A stretch of 64,000 nucleotides of DNA from ANME-2 cluster archaeon (GTDB lineage Archaea; Halobacteriota; Methanosarcinia; Methanosarcinales; Methanocomedenaceae): positions 1,611 to 65,610 of the forward strand of contig JAHYIS010000009.1 in the NCBI GenBank assembly GCA_019429385.1. Direction: 5' to 3'. A model generated the notes under the pieces. That model ran no database searches. It was not told the origin of the DNA and was given only the letters and a program-made list of their open reading frames with translations. Below, in pieces: positions 36,050 through 45,099 of the stretch. Every line of letters begins with the position of its first letter. Within the stretch, counting starts at the first letter, position 1. The position numbers and the translations under genes were made by a program.

Positions 36050-36337
36050 ATGACAAAACTCGTACAAATCAGGAATGACATCAAAGCCATCGATGAAGAG
36101 ATAATAAAATTAATCGAAAAAAGGACCAACCTGGCAAAAGACGTGCTTGAAGCAAAGAAACATGAAAGCAAACCCATTAATGACGAATCACAGAACCAGG
36201 CGGTCATGGAAAGAGTTGCCAATATCGCAACTGAATGTGGACTTGATGCTGGAGAAGTAAAAAATATATTTAAAATACTCATAAAGATGAGTATCGAGCG
36301 CCAGCATGAGCTTAGTGGCGAAGGTAATTTACCTTAA
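36050..36337 (+). CDS. chorismate mutase (AroQ class)
   Basis: 95 aa. IRNDIKAIDEEIIKLIEKRTNLAKDV helix-bundle pattern, directly after aroK. Confidence 0.8.
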   Translation: MTKLVQIRNDIKAIDEEIIKLIEKRTNLAKDVLEAKKHESKPINDESQNQAVMERVANIATECGLDAGEVKNIFKILIKMSIERQHELSGEGNLP

Positions 36338-36355
36338 AAAATTGGGGATAAGGCA

Positions 36356-36757
36356 TTATTGAATTAGAAACTGTATAAGGTCCTTATCAAGCCCGGTATC
36401 ATTTTGGAGTTTATCAACTATCTTCTCTTCCGGTAAACCCTCATTACGCATGGTTTTTACTTTTTCAAAAAATACCGGATTTACTTCATAGTATTCATTG
36501 ATATCTTTCCGGTGGCCCCATACATCGCCTTCAAGCAGGGATATTTGTTTCATTTCAAGGAACATTCGGGTCGATTCCGATACCGTTTTCATGAACGAAC
36601 CTGCTATATGGATGGCCTTGAGATTGGAACACTTATTTGCCAGTACCATTATATCCTTATTGGATGGTCTAAAAGTAAGATGAATCATTTCTTCTTTTTC
36701 ATCCAGTGTGTCAATTTCATCCTTTGAACTAACTACTCGAATCTTCATTTTATTCAC
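36356..36757 (-). CDS. hypothetical protein (possibly DUF1699-like)
   Basis: 133-aa ORF in a visibly AT-rich stretch. The family recall is tentative. Confidence 0.45.
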   Translation of the reverse strand: MNKMKIRVVSSKDEIDTLDEKEEMIHLTFRPSNKDIMVLANKCSNLKAIHIAGSFMKTVSESTRMFLEMKQISLLEGDVWGHRKDINEYYEVNPVFFEKVKTMRNEGLPEEKIVDKLQNDTGLDKDLIQFLIQ

Positions 36758-36828
36758 ATTTATTTAAAATTACTTCATGATATTTAAAACTTAACATGTT
36801 ATAATTACGATAACAATTTTGTTGATAA

Positions 36829-37524
36829 TTAATAATAATAATTATTCATCAGAGATTGTTTTATATGTGTTTCAACTATAGTACAACCGTGGCTATCATG
36901 TACTACGATATTAAATTTTGCATTATTCCCCTGAATGCTACTATTGAATAATTTCCAGTTCTCCAACCCATCCAGGTGTTCCAATACATGTATCTCTTCC
37001 TGGATCTCGGATATTAGTCGTTCCTTTAAAAGTAAAGCTAAATTCTCTGCATCTTGTGCACGTAGCACCCCGCTCCCAACACCCTCGCATTCAGATATAT
37101 TGAGCAGGGGTGCTCGTTCATCCTCAAAGTGCAGGTAAAATGGATATGTCCTGCAAATCCAGGGTCTCCAAAAATAGATACTGCAGGTATTATCATCGTT
37201 CAGGAATGTGCATGAACCATTGTTGTGTCTTTTCAATTCCCATTCTAATGAATGCAGGGTATTTTTGTTATCAATGAACTGGGGTGAAGATGGTTTGCAT
37301 ACATCGTACCAGCCAAGATTATTGGCATCCATTATACGAAGTACTTCATCCGGAAAAACTAGGACACTATTATCAGCCTGATGTGAACGACAGCATTCCC
37401 CGCATCTCTTACATTCGAATCCTATCGATGTCAACTGTCCGGCAAGTATTATATCGTCCATTTCTTCTGCCATAACCAGCATAGAGTAATTGTCTTTAAT
37501 TGCCCGGAACGTTTCGAACTCCAT
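36829..37524 (-). CDS. YkgJ/UPF0153-type cysteine-cluster (CxxCxxCC) protein
   Basis: FECKRCGECCRSH and NGSCTFLNDDNTCSIYFWRPWICRTYPF. It is a paralog of the 1532-2077 gene. Confidence 0.75.
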   Translation of the reverse strand: MEFETFRAIKDNYSMLVMAEEMDDIILAGQLTSIGFECKRCGECCRSHQADNSVLVFPDEVLRIMDANNLGWYDVCKPSSPQFIDNKNTLHSLEWELKRHNNGSCTFLNDDNTCSIYFWRPWICRTYPFYLHFEDERAPLLNISECEGVGSGVLRAQDAENLALLLKERLISEIQEEIHVLEHLDGLENWKLFNSSIQGNNAKFNIVVHDSHGCTIVETHIKQSLMNNYYY

Positions 37525-37607
37525 GATATTAATCCTGCAAAGATACTATATCTATAAAGGTCATACGTAATAATAATTCAAAACGATTTGGAATAATAGG
37601 TGATCTT

Positions 37608-38336
37608 ATGAAAAACATTACGCATTTGATGCTCTTATGCCTTATTTCATCTGTCCTCATTTCGGGATGTCTTGAAACAAAAGAAGCTGTTCCTGCAACA
37701 GTAAACCAGACTACACTGGATGAATTGGGGTGGGCACAATATGGAGAAATCGTAACCGATACTATGGTTCAGGATGTTGCTGGAATGGAAATGACAATTA
37801 GCACTGCAATGGTCACATACCGTGATGAAAAGTTGATGGGGGAAATGTTACATCAACTTGATAAATTGCTCGGTGCATATGGAATTTCTGCCAGTGGATC
37901 AGGAGAGGGACCGTTTGCCTCACAGTTCATTATAATAAGGGTAGCATTTCCAGGTGGCATATCCATACCTGAATCTATGCTCTCAAGTATTATTGACAAC
38001 CAGATACAGAGTATGACTCAGGAAAGTAATATCCAGGGCTTCCAGGAAGTTAGTCAGGAAAAAGTCACCTTAAATAGCGGTTCCACAGTTACTGCAAGGT
38101 CCTTCGAAGGTTACATCAAATCAGGTGATAAAGGTATGGTGTCTGTTAAAGTTCGGAGCGTGCTTGCTGCCTGGAGTGACGATGGAATGTCAACTATCGT
38201 TGTTGGCTTAATACCTGCCGATGATCTCGTTATACGCCTCCCTACTGATATGAGAAGTTCAGGCACTTTTACTATCGAAATAGATGAGGCGCAGGAATAT
38301 CAGAATATATTGACCCTCATAAAGAACGTGGAATAA
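37608..38336 (+). CDS. putative lipoprotein / secreted hypothetical protein
   Basis: Signal peptide with a lipobox-like LISGC. 242 aa. No family recognised. Confidence 0.5.
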   Translation: MKNITHLMLLCLISSVLISGCLETKEAVPATVNQTTLDELGWAQYGEIVTDTMVQDVAGMEMTISTAMVTYRDEKLMGEMLHQLDKLLGAYGISASGSGEGPFASQFIIIRVAFPGGISIPESMLSSIIDNQIQSMTQESNIQGFQEVSQEKVTLNSGSTVTARSFEGYIKSGDKGMVSVKVRSVLAAWSDDGMSTIVVGLIPADDLVIRLPTDMRSSGTFTIEIDEAQEYQNILTLIKNVE

Positions 38337-38858
38337 CTAACCCATTTTTTTTGCGGCCAGCTTGATGGCAGTTAACAGGCTGTCCCGCGGCATTATTGTA
38401 GCTACAGGGATAGTGAGGACTTTTTCCACAGTAGGGCTGACAATGGGGGCGCATACCAGTGACGTTGCCCCGTCACGCTCGGCTCTGATCGCAGCTACAA
38501 TGGCTTCTTCCATTGATGTAGCTGAATATTCACGAATGGTTATTAATTTCCCGTCTATTTTCATCTTTTTTTCTATAATATTGTCGAGCACCGGCCTGGC
38601 TGCAATCACGGCGATAAAATTGCCTTGTTCGGTACCTTCTATCTTTTTTATGGTTTTGACAATCTGCCTTACTGTTTTCATATTGGGGTCACGATGACCT
38701 GATAGTATTTTGTACAGGGTACTTGAAGGTATACCTGATATTTCACTGAACTCGGCTGCCGTCATATCAAGGTCATCCTTGATTACTCTGGACAGCGTTT
38801 CCTGGAATGATTCATCTGACTCAAAGGCTGAACGCATGACTTTATCTACTGAATTCAT
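38337..38858 (-). CDS. XRE-type HTH transcriptional regulator with a C-terminal domain
   Basis: HTH segment TAAEFSEISGIPSSTLYKILSGHRDPNMKTVRQIV. 173 aa. Confidence 0.65.
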   Translation of the reverse strand: MNSVDKVMRSAFESDESFQETLSRVIKDDLDMTAAEFSEISGIPSSTLYKILSGHRDPNMKTVRQIVKTIKKIEGTEQGNFIAVIAARPVLDNIIEKKMKIDGKLITIREYSATSMEEAIVAAIRAERDGATSLVCAPIVSPTVEKVLTIPVATIMPRDSLLTAIKLAAKKMG

Positions 38859-39265
38859 ATAATCACCTGAATAATTAGAATGACATTATCACAATAGTAT
38901 TATATTGGAATTCAGTTTATACTTTTGTACATGATAATTGTTTTTATTGTCAAGATGGCTCGTTTTGGAAAACAATCCCCTCTTTTTTATCCTGATTTTG
39001 ATAAAAATCATAATCACCATAGGGATATCAACATATGGGTGCCAGGGTGTTGAGATTCAAAATGAAATTGATAATGCCATAACTATCTTTATTATTTAGA
39101 TAATAGAATTTTATCAGTGATGAATCATACAACGGTTTGCATAATTATTCGATCCAGTATTGCCTCGATTTTGAGAAAAGATGATAGCAATGAATGGTTA
39201 ATAATTATATGTCGATTGAATTATAATAATTATTAGAAACTTTTTTCATATGATTCCACGAAAAC

Positions 39266-39589
39266 TTAATTTAAATTTGAAACCGTTCCAACTTCTTCGG
39301 TTATTATTTGAGACGCAATTCGATATAGCTGTTCTCTCAGATTATTCTGTCGTGATTCGGCAATTTCTATGACTTTTTCTATACCAATATTTAATTTACC
39401 ATCACCATATTCTTCAAGTTTTGCAATGGTACTGGGTTTCAATGTTGTGTGTATAGATCTTTTCTTTTGTCCATTATTCCATTTCATTGACATGTTAATA
39501 TCTATTTTATTCTTATTTATCATGCATTTCCCCTCATTGTATATCAGGTAACCTAAGAATTTCATTACATTTAGAGAATGAGATGACAT
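39266..39589 (-). CDS. hypothetical protein, possible ribbon-helix-helix DNA binder
   Basis: KKRSIHTTLKPSTIAKLEEYG...IGIEKVIEIAESR has a strand-helix-helix pattern. The start is uncertain (several internal Met). It lies in a very AT-rich region. Confidence 0.3.
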   Translation of the reverse strand: MSSHSLNVMKFLGYLIYNEGKCMINKNKIDINMSMKWNNGQKKRSIHTTLKPSTIAKLEEYGDGKLNIGIEKVIEIAESRQNNLREQLYRIASQIITEEVGTVSNLN

Positions 39590-40009
39590 ATAATGATACC
39601 GATGATTTTATTTGATTTTTAAGGTTTTCTTTGATTTTAATTGTTTATTATAGTTTATTTTAATATTTTAATGTATATTTGCGAGTTTATTCTTTAAAGT
39701 GGCATCTTAAATAATAGTTAATATATAAAATTTAAACAATATAATTGCATGTCAACTTTTTTATATATCAAAGGTGAACAGCATGAAGAAAAAATGTGGG
39801 AATAGCTGCTACTGATATTGAATTTGATATTAATTGCAAAAACTTACACTGTTTGGTACAGTAAATCTAATCCTGAATCTTGTCTCATGGAATAACAGAA
39901 TTAAAAAAAAGGGCCCAATGCCCCATCTTACGTAATCTGGTAAGATTGAAAAATTGGGCGTTAGCTTAATCAAAATTTCTCATTCGATTCTACTTTTTAT
40001 GATTCAAAA

Positions 40010-40177
40010 TTAATAACTTTTAAATCCACGATTGCCTTTTTCAGATTTTCTTTTAGATCTGCAAGATTTGCATCGTTTAGGCACATCATAGCCCTTCTCT
40101 TCAAAAAATTCTCGCTCTCCACCTGTGAATTCGAATTCTTCACTACAGTCAGTGCATGTTAAAGTAATATCTTCCAT
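40010..40177 (-). CDS. small zinc-ribbon protein (55 aa)
   Basis: MEDITLTCTDCSEEFEFTGGEREFFEEKGYDVPKRCKSCRSKRK: the CxxC-x23-CxxC pattern with the FxFTxGEQEFF-like core of the probable zinc-ribbon (zf-trcl-like) family. Confidence 0.5.
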   Translation of the reverse strand: MEDITLTCTDCSEEFEFTGGEREFFEEKGYDVPKRCKSCRSKRKSEKGNRGFKSY

Positions 40178-40486
40178 ACTTAATTTTCCTTATATATTTT
40201 ATCAGTATTTTGACGTAATCCATAGTTTATCGTAATGTATTGATAGAATTTATTGTCCCCATCATATCTTGTTATTTTAAAAAAGATTTGACAATCACAA
40301 AAAACAATGAATACTTTTTTTCTAAATTTTAATTAGGTCTAAATACTTAATACTCCTACATAGTTATAGCTTCTTAATAAAGGTAATGCTCGTATCCAGT
40401 GAGAATTGTGTTAGATCACTAATTTCCCTATTTCCCAAATGTCCAGAATTATGAAATAACATATCTCTGCGTTATTGATATGAAAA

Positions 40487-40557
40487 TGCGACCGCCGGGA
40501 ATCGAACCCGGATTAGAGGCTTGGGAAGCCACTGTCATACCGCTAGACCACAGTCGC
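40487..40557 (-). tRNA. tRNA-Gly (anticodon CCC)
   Basis: Folded by hand. 7-bp acceptor GCGACUG/CGGUCGC with one G-U pair. Anticodon loop UUCCCAA. T-arm CCGGG-UUCGAUU-CCCGG. Discriminator A. No encoded CCA. A T-tract follows the 3' end. Confidence 0.85.
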
Positions 40558-40722
40558 ACAAAATCGTCAGTGAATTTTGGTTGGAGATATTCCAATTCGT
40601 CTTACTGCCTATTAATCCTTATCCTTTTAACGCCGAACATGAAAAAACATCACCTTTTTATAATCTCCTATCCTTTTAGTTCCACATTATTTAAGATTCA
40701 TTTTTTTCGAGGACAAGCCAAT

Positions 40723-41880
40723 ATGATTGATAGAAACGAAATTATCGATATCCTGCAAGAATACAACTCCACAGAATACAAAATAGGAACCATGGCATCC
40801 CATTCAGCTCTGGACGTATTCGATGGCGCTGTAGAAGAAGGTTTCAGTACCTATGCCGTATGTCGCAGCGGCCGGGAACAAACCTATACCAAATATTTCA
40901 AGACCGCATGCGATGAAGACGGCAATGTCCTGCGCGGTGTGGTAGACGACTGGGTTGTATACGATCAATTCGATGAGATACTCCAGCCTGATGCACAGCA
41001 GAACCTCATTGACAACAACGTTCTGTTCATCCCCAACCGCTCATTCACATCATATTGCGGCATAGACGCAGTAGAAAATGATTTCAGGGTACCTCTTGTA
41101 GGCAGCAGGAACTTACTGCGCAGCGAGGAACGTGGCGAAGAACAGGACTACTACTGGCTGCTGGACAAAGCAAACCTACCCTACCCGGAAAAACTGGATG
41201 ACCCGCAGGATATCGATGAGCTGGTAATGGTAAAACTCCCTCACGCGGTAAAGAAATTAGAACGTGGTTTCTTCTCAGCAGCATCCTATGCCGAATACGT
41301 GGAAAAATCAGAAGCACTGCTGTCCCAGAACGTCATCACCCAGGATGCCCTTGACAACGCCCGCATCGAACGTTACATTATCGGCCCGGTCTTTAACCTT
41401 GATTTCTTCTACTCACCTCTTGAGGAAGAACTTAGCCCCCTCGAACTACTGGGAATTGACTGGCGGTTCGAGACGAGCCTGGACGGTCATGTCAGGCTGC
41501 CTGCACCCCAGCAGATGACACTGAAACCCCACCAGAAAACCCCTGAGTACACAGTTTGCGGCCACAATTCCGCAACTCTTCGTGAATCACTGCTTGAAGA
41601 AGCTTTTGAAATGGCTGAAAAATACGTAGCTGCTACCCAGAAATATTACGACCCTGGCATCATCGGTCCCTTCTGCCTCCAAACCTGCGTGGATAAGGAC
41701 CTCAATTTCCACATCTATGATGTGGCACCCAGGGTAGGTGGCGGTACCAATGTCCATATGTCTGTTGGACATCCATACGGCAATACGGTCTGGCGCGTTC
41801 CCATGAGTTCAGGCAGGCGGTTGGCGATGGAGATACGTAACGCTATCGAGATGGATAAACTTGATATGATAGTAACATAA
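40723..41880 (+). CDS. purP: 5-formaminoimidazole-4-carboxamide ribonucleotide (FAICAR) synthetase PurP
   Basis: IGTMASHSALDVFDGAVEEGFSTYAVC start region and an ATP-grasp body. The ATG at 40723 is chosen because the longer ORF reads through the antisense tRNA. Confidence 0.85.
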   Translation: MIDRNEIIDILQEYNSTEYKIGTMASHSALDVFDGAVEEGFSTYAVCRSGREQTYTKYFKTACDEDGNVLRGVVDDWVVYDQFDEILQPDAQQNLIDNNVLFIPNRSFTSYCGIDAVENDFRVPLVGSRNLLRSEERGEEQDYYWLLDKANLPYPEKLDDPQDIDELVMVKLPHAVKKLERGFFSAASYAEYVEKSEALLSQNVITQDALDNARIERYIIGPVFNLDFFYSPLEEELSPLELLGIDWRFETSLDGHVRLPAPQQMTLKPHQKTPEYTVCGHNSATLRESLLEEAFEMAEKYVAATQKYYDPGIIGPFCLQTCVDKDLNFHIYDVAPRVGGGTNVHMSVGHPYGNTVWRVPMSSGRRLAMEIRNAIEMDKLDMIVT

Positions 41881-41894
41881 ATTCTGCCTCCAGA

Positions 41895-43160
41895 ATGAGG
41901 ATATATATCAAGACATTCGGCTGTACTGCAAACAAGGCCGACAGTCTCAGGATGAGACAACTGCTAACAGCCGAAGGACATACTTTTACCGATACTGAAG
42001 ATTCCGCTGAAATGGTGCTGGTGAACACCTGCACCGTTACCTGTACTACCCAACGGCATGTCCTGAAATATATCCGCTCGGTCTCTGGTTCAGGAAAACA
42101 GGTCACTGTGGCTGGATGCCTTTCCGCAGCACAACCCGAAACACTTAAAGATATAAACTGCAGGATTATCATTCCATCCTCCCTGGAAGATATAATTAAT
42201 ATAACAGGGGATGAGGGAAATGAAACCGATATAACCCCGGATTCAGGCAACGCTATACCTTTGATTGAAGAGGTGACCGGGATTGTCAGCATTTCACAGG
42301 GTTGTGTGGGACATTGTTCTTACTGCATTGTAAGGCAGGCCAGGGGTGAATTGATAAGCCGTTCCATACCCGAAATCGTTCAGGAGGTCAGGTCTATGAT
42401 AGCTTCTGGTGCCAAAGAGCTCCAGCTCAGTTCACAGGATATTTCAGCTTACGGACTGGATACAGGAGTCCGCCTGCCTGAACTCCTGAAAGCATTGAAC
42501 GCTATTGATGGTGACCATATGATCAGAGTAGGGATGATGAATCCATTCACTATACTTGATATTGTTGATGAGGTTGCTGATGCATTCAAAGAAACACACA
42601 TATTTAAGTTCCTGCACCTGCCTATCCAGTCCGGTTCTGAACGAGTACTGGAATCCATGAACCGCAAGCATACTGTTGACGAGTTCAAGCTCATCGTACA
42701 AGCATTCAGGGAAATGTTCCCCTCTATCATCCTGTCAACGGATTTTATCGTAGGATATCCTACCGAGACCAATGAGGATTTTAACGCAACGCTAGAACTG
42801 CTGGAAAATATTAAACCTCAAAAGGTCAACATTACACGTTACTCCCCACGACCCAATACCCCGGCATCCCTGCTGTACGATATGCCTGACAGGTTTAAAA
42901 AAGAGCGCTCCAGAGTACTCACAAACTCACATCATGATCTGACCCGGGCAATATTACAGAGTAAGATAGGAGAACAAACCCGCATACTAACAACCCATGC
43001 CGGTAAGAATAATTCTACTGTTGGACGAGATAATTACTATAACATGGTAGCGGTTCGTGAAAATCTACCGCTGGGTGAGTGGCATAACGTTACCATTGTA
43101 GATTCAACTATCACCTATCTGATAGGCGAAGTTCAAAAGGAGGAACAAACGAATAAATAA
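41895..43160 (+). CDS. radical SAM methylthiotransferase, archaeal MiaB-like (MtaB/CDKAL1 type)
   Basis: UPF0004 N-domain (IKTFGCTANKADS...VNTCTVT), radical SAM CVGHCSYCIV, C-terminal TRAM (HNVTIVDSTITYLIGEV). Confidence 0.85.
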   Translation: MRIYIKTFGCTANKADSLRMRQLLTAEGHTFTDTEDSAEMVLVNTCTVTCTTQRHVLKYIRSVSGSGKQVTVAGCLSAAQPETLKDINCRIIIPSSLEDIINITGDEGNETDITPDSGNAIPLIEEVTGIVSISQGCVGHCSYCIVRQARGELISRSIPEIVQEVRSMIASGAKELQLSSQDISAYGLDTGVRLPELLKALNAIDGDHMIRVGMMNPFTILDIVDEVADAFKETHIFKFLHLPIQSGSERVLESMNRKHTVDEFKLIVQAFREMFPSIILSTDFIVGYPTETNEDFNATLELLENIKPQKVNITRYSPRPNTPASLLYDMPDRFKKERSRVLTNSHHDLTRAILQSKIGEQTRILTTHAGKNNSTVGRDNYYNMVAVRENLPLGEWHNVTIVDSTITYLIGEVQKEEQTNK

Positions 43161-43180
43161 ATGATTTAGATAAAAAAAAG

Positions 43181-43206
43181 ATGCGGGGCATTATACCCCG
43201 TTGCAT
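43181..43206. terminator. hairpin between convergent genes
   Basis: ATGCGGGG cattata CCCCG(tt)GCAT between the methylthiotransferase gene (+) and the end of the fpo operon (-). Confidence 0.3.
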
Positions 43207-43253
43207 AAGATTTATTCCTATATATCAGGTATCTATGCATCTATACATATCTT

Positions 43254-43607
43254 TTAATGATGGCCTTTGTCAGTCACCTTTTCTGCCTGTTGCTTCTTGA
43301 ATGTTATTTCTGTAGCATCCAAACAAGTCTCACACAGATTTACTTCTTTCTCCTTGTAATAGGGCTCGCTGAAATCCGGGACTTTTAATCCGACACTATA
43401 CAGCTTTTCGTCTTTCTTGCTGCACAGGTCACATTTTTTTCCTTTTGCTTCAACACGAGTACTATTGGCTTTATGGGTAGCGTTGGTACATTCCTCGCAT
43501 ATGCCCATCCACATTCCGGTAGGGAAAGCTTTCCTGAATCTCGGCACGTCAGGTTTCACAGGACAAAGAGTAGGTCTTGATACACCGCATAGATCACAAT
43601 CTCCCAT
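43254..43607 (-). CDS. fpoO: Cys-rich double zinc-ribbon protein in the FpoO position
   Basis: The ATG at 43607 has GGAGGTG 7 nt upstream and lies 12 nt after the fpoN stop. 117 aa with four CxxC pairs. The FpoO assignment rests on position and size only. Confidence 0.5.
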   Translation of the reverse strand: MGDCDLCGVSRPTLCPVKPDVPRFRKAFPTGMWMGICEECTNATHKANSTRVEAKGKKCDLCSKKDEKLYSVGLKVPDFSEPYYKEKEVNLCETCLDATEITFKKQQAEKVTDKGHH

Positions 43608-43619
43608 TTTTTTCACCTC

Positions 43620-45098
43620 CTATAGTCCCAATACATTCGCTGCACTTGCTGCCCAGTTGATAAAAGGTTCCGGAACAATACCTATTGCCAGGACACCTAT
43701 CAATGCCAGAAAAATAGCAAGTGAATATGCTCTGGGTAAGGCCAATTTCTCACTGGACGGGGGTGGCAACACATACATATATTTCACGACCCTGGCATAA
43801 TAATACAGGGACAATGCACTGTTCAATATGGCAATAGTCACTAAGAACACAAATCCGCCTTTCAATACTGAATAGAACAGGATGAACTTGCTGACAAAAC
43901 CTGCCGTTGGTGGAATGCCAGACAGGGCGAACAGGAATATCATGATGCAAAATGCCAAAAATGGCGACCTTTTACCAAGACCAGCGAAATTATCCAGATG
44001 GTCAACGTCCTTTGCACTGCTGTTTTCCTTCACTAACATATAGCCCAGTGCTGCTACAGCAATGAAAGCACCTGTTTTCATGAAAGCATGGGACATAACA
44101 TACAGGACTGCACCTGTCAGTGCTTCTGGCGACATTACCACAAATACCATGGAAATGTACCCAGCCTGTGCCACAGAAGAATACGCTAACATTCGCTTCA
44201 AGCTTCTCTGGCTAAGAGCAACTACATTACCAATAGTCATGGTAAGTATGGCAAGAATAGTGAACACTATTGCCATATCTACCTTGACAGCTATCATTGC
44301 AATCAACAATACCCTGAAAGCTGCCACAAAGGCCATCTTCTTTGACCCGGCTGCCAGTAGTGCCGATATCACGGTAGGTGCGCCCTGATATGTATCCGGC
44401 GCCCACATATGGAATGGTACCAGAGCCATCTTGAATCCGAAACCAGCGACGATCAGCATCATCGCCATTATACCTAATGGACTCTGGATGACGGTTGGAT
44501 TGGCACTAAAGAATTCTGCGATGTCACTGACATTGGTCAGGCCACCGCTCAAACCGTATAAATATGACAACCCAAACAACAACAAGGTAGACGACAGGGC
44601 ACCTACAATAAAGTACTTTATAGCAGCTTCCATACTGCTTGGGTCCTTTTTGTTGAACCCTGCCAGAGCATATGTGGACAAACTTGCCAGTTCAAACCCG
44701 ATGAATATAGTCACAATATCCACTGCTGAGGCAACTACCATCATACCGATAGTTCCGAACAGTATCAAAGTGTAATATTCATCCTGGTTCTGATGATTAT
44801 CATATTGTTTTAGTGATGCTATGACAACAATTAATGACACCAGTAAAAACGTCAGTTTAAAGAACTGGCTCATCGGGTCAATTGTCAGGGAATCTGCTAT
44901 TATACCTTCCAACGGGAAACCATAAGTTCCCCTGAATACCACGATAAGACTGGCCAAAACAAGAGATAGTCCGGCAATATACCCCAAAGCCCTTTTCTCT
45001 TTCGCCTCAAGACCCAGGCCTATCAACATTATGGCAAGTGCGCTAATGGTCAATATTATTTCCGGAGCAAATTGAGATATCAAATCAACGAAAGTCAT
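43620..45098 (-). CDS. fpoN: F420H2 dehydrogenase / complex I subunit N
   Basis: 492-aa polytopic antiporter-like subunit (NuoN pattern). It is the last large gene of the operon. Confidence 0.85.
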   Translation of the reverse strand: MTFVDLISQFAPEIILTISALAIMLIGLGLEAKEKRALGYIAGLSLVLASLIVVFRGTYGFPLEGIIADSLTIDPMSQFFKLTFLLVSLIVVIASLKQYDNHQNQDEYYTLILFGTIGMMVVASAVDIVTIFIGFELASLSTYALAGFNKKDPSSMEAAIKYFIVGALSSTLLLFGLSYLYGLSGGLTNVSDIAEFFSANPTVIQSPLGIMAMMLIVAGFGFKMALVPFHMWAPDTYQGAPTVISALLAAGSKKMAFVAAFRVLLIAMIAVKVDMAIVFTILAILTMTIGNVVALSQRSLKRMLAYSSVAQAGYISMVFVVMSPEALTGAVLYVMSHAFMKTGAFIAVAALGYMLVKENSSAKDVDHLDNFAGLGKRSPFLAFCIMIFLFALSGIPPTAGFVSKFILFYSVLKGGFVFLVTIAILNSALSLYYYARVVKYMYVLPPPSSEKLALPRAYSLAIFLALIGVLAIGIVPEPFINWAASAANVLGL

Positions 45099-45099
45099 A

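Noticed and set aside
40480-40722. N-terminal 81 codons of the long ORF 40480..41880
   Set aside because: This part reads through the antisense strand of tRNA-Gly. PurP homology begins at the ATG at 40723.
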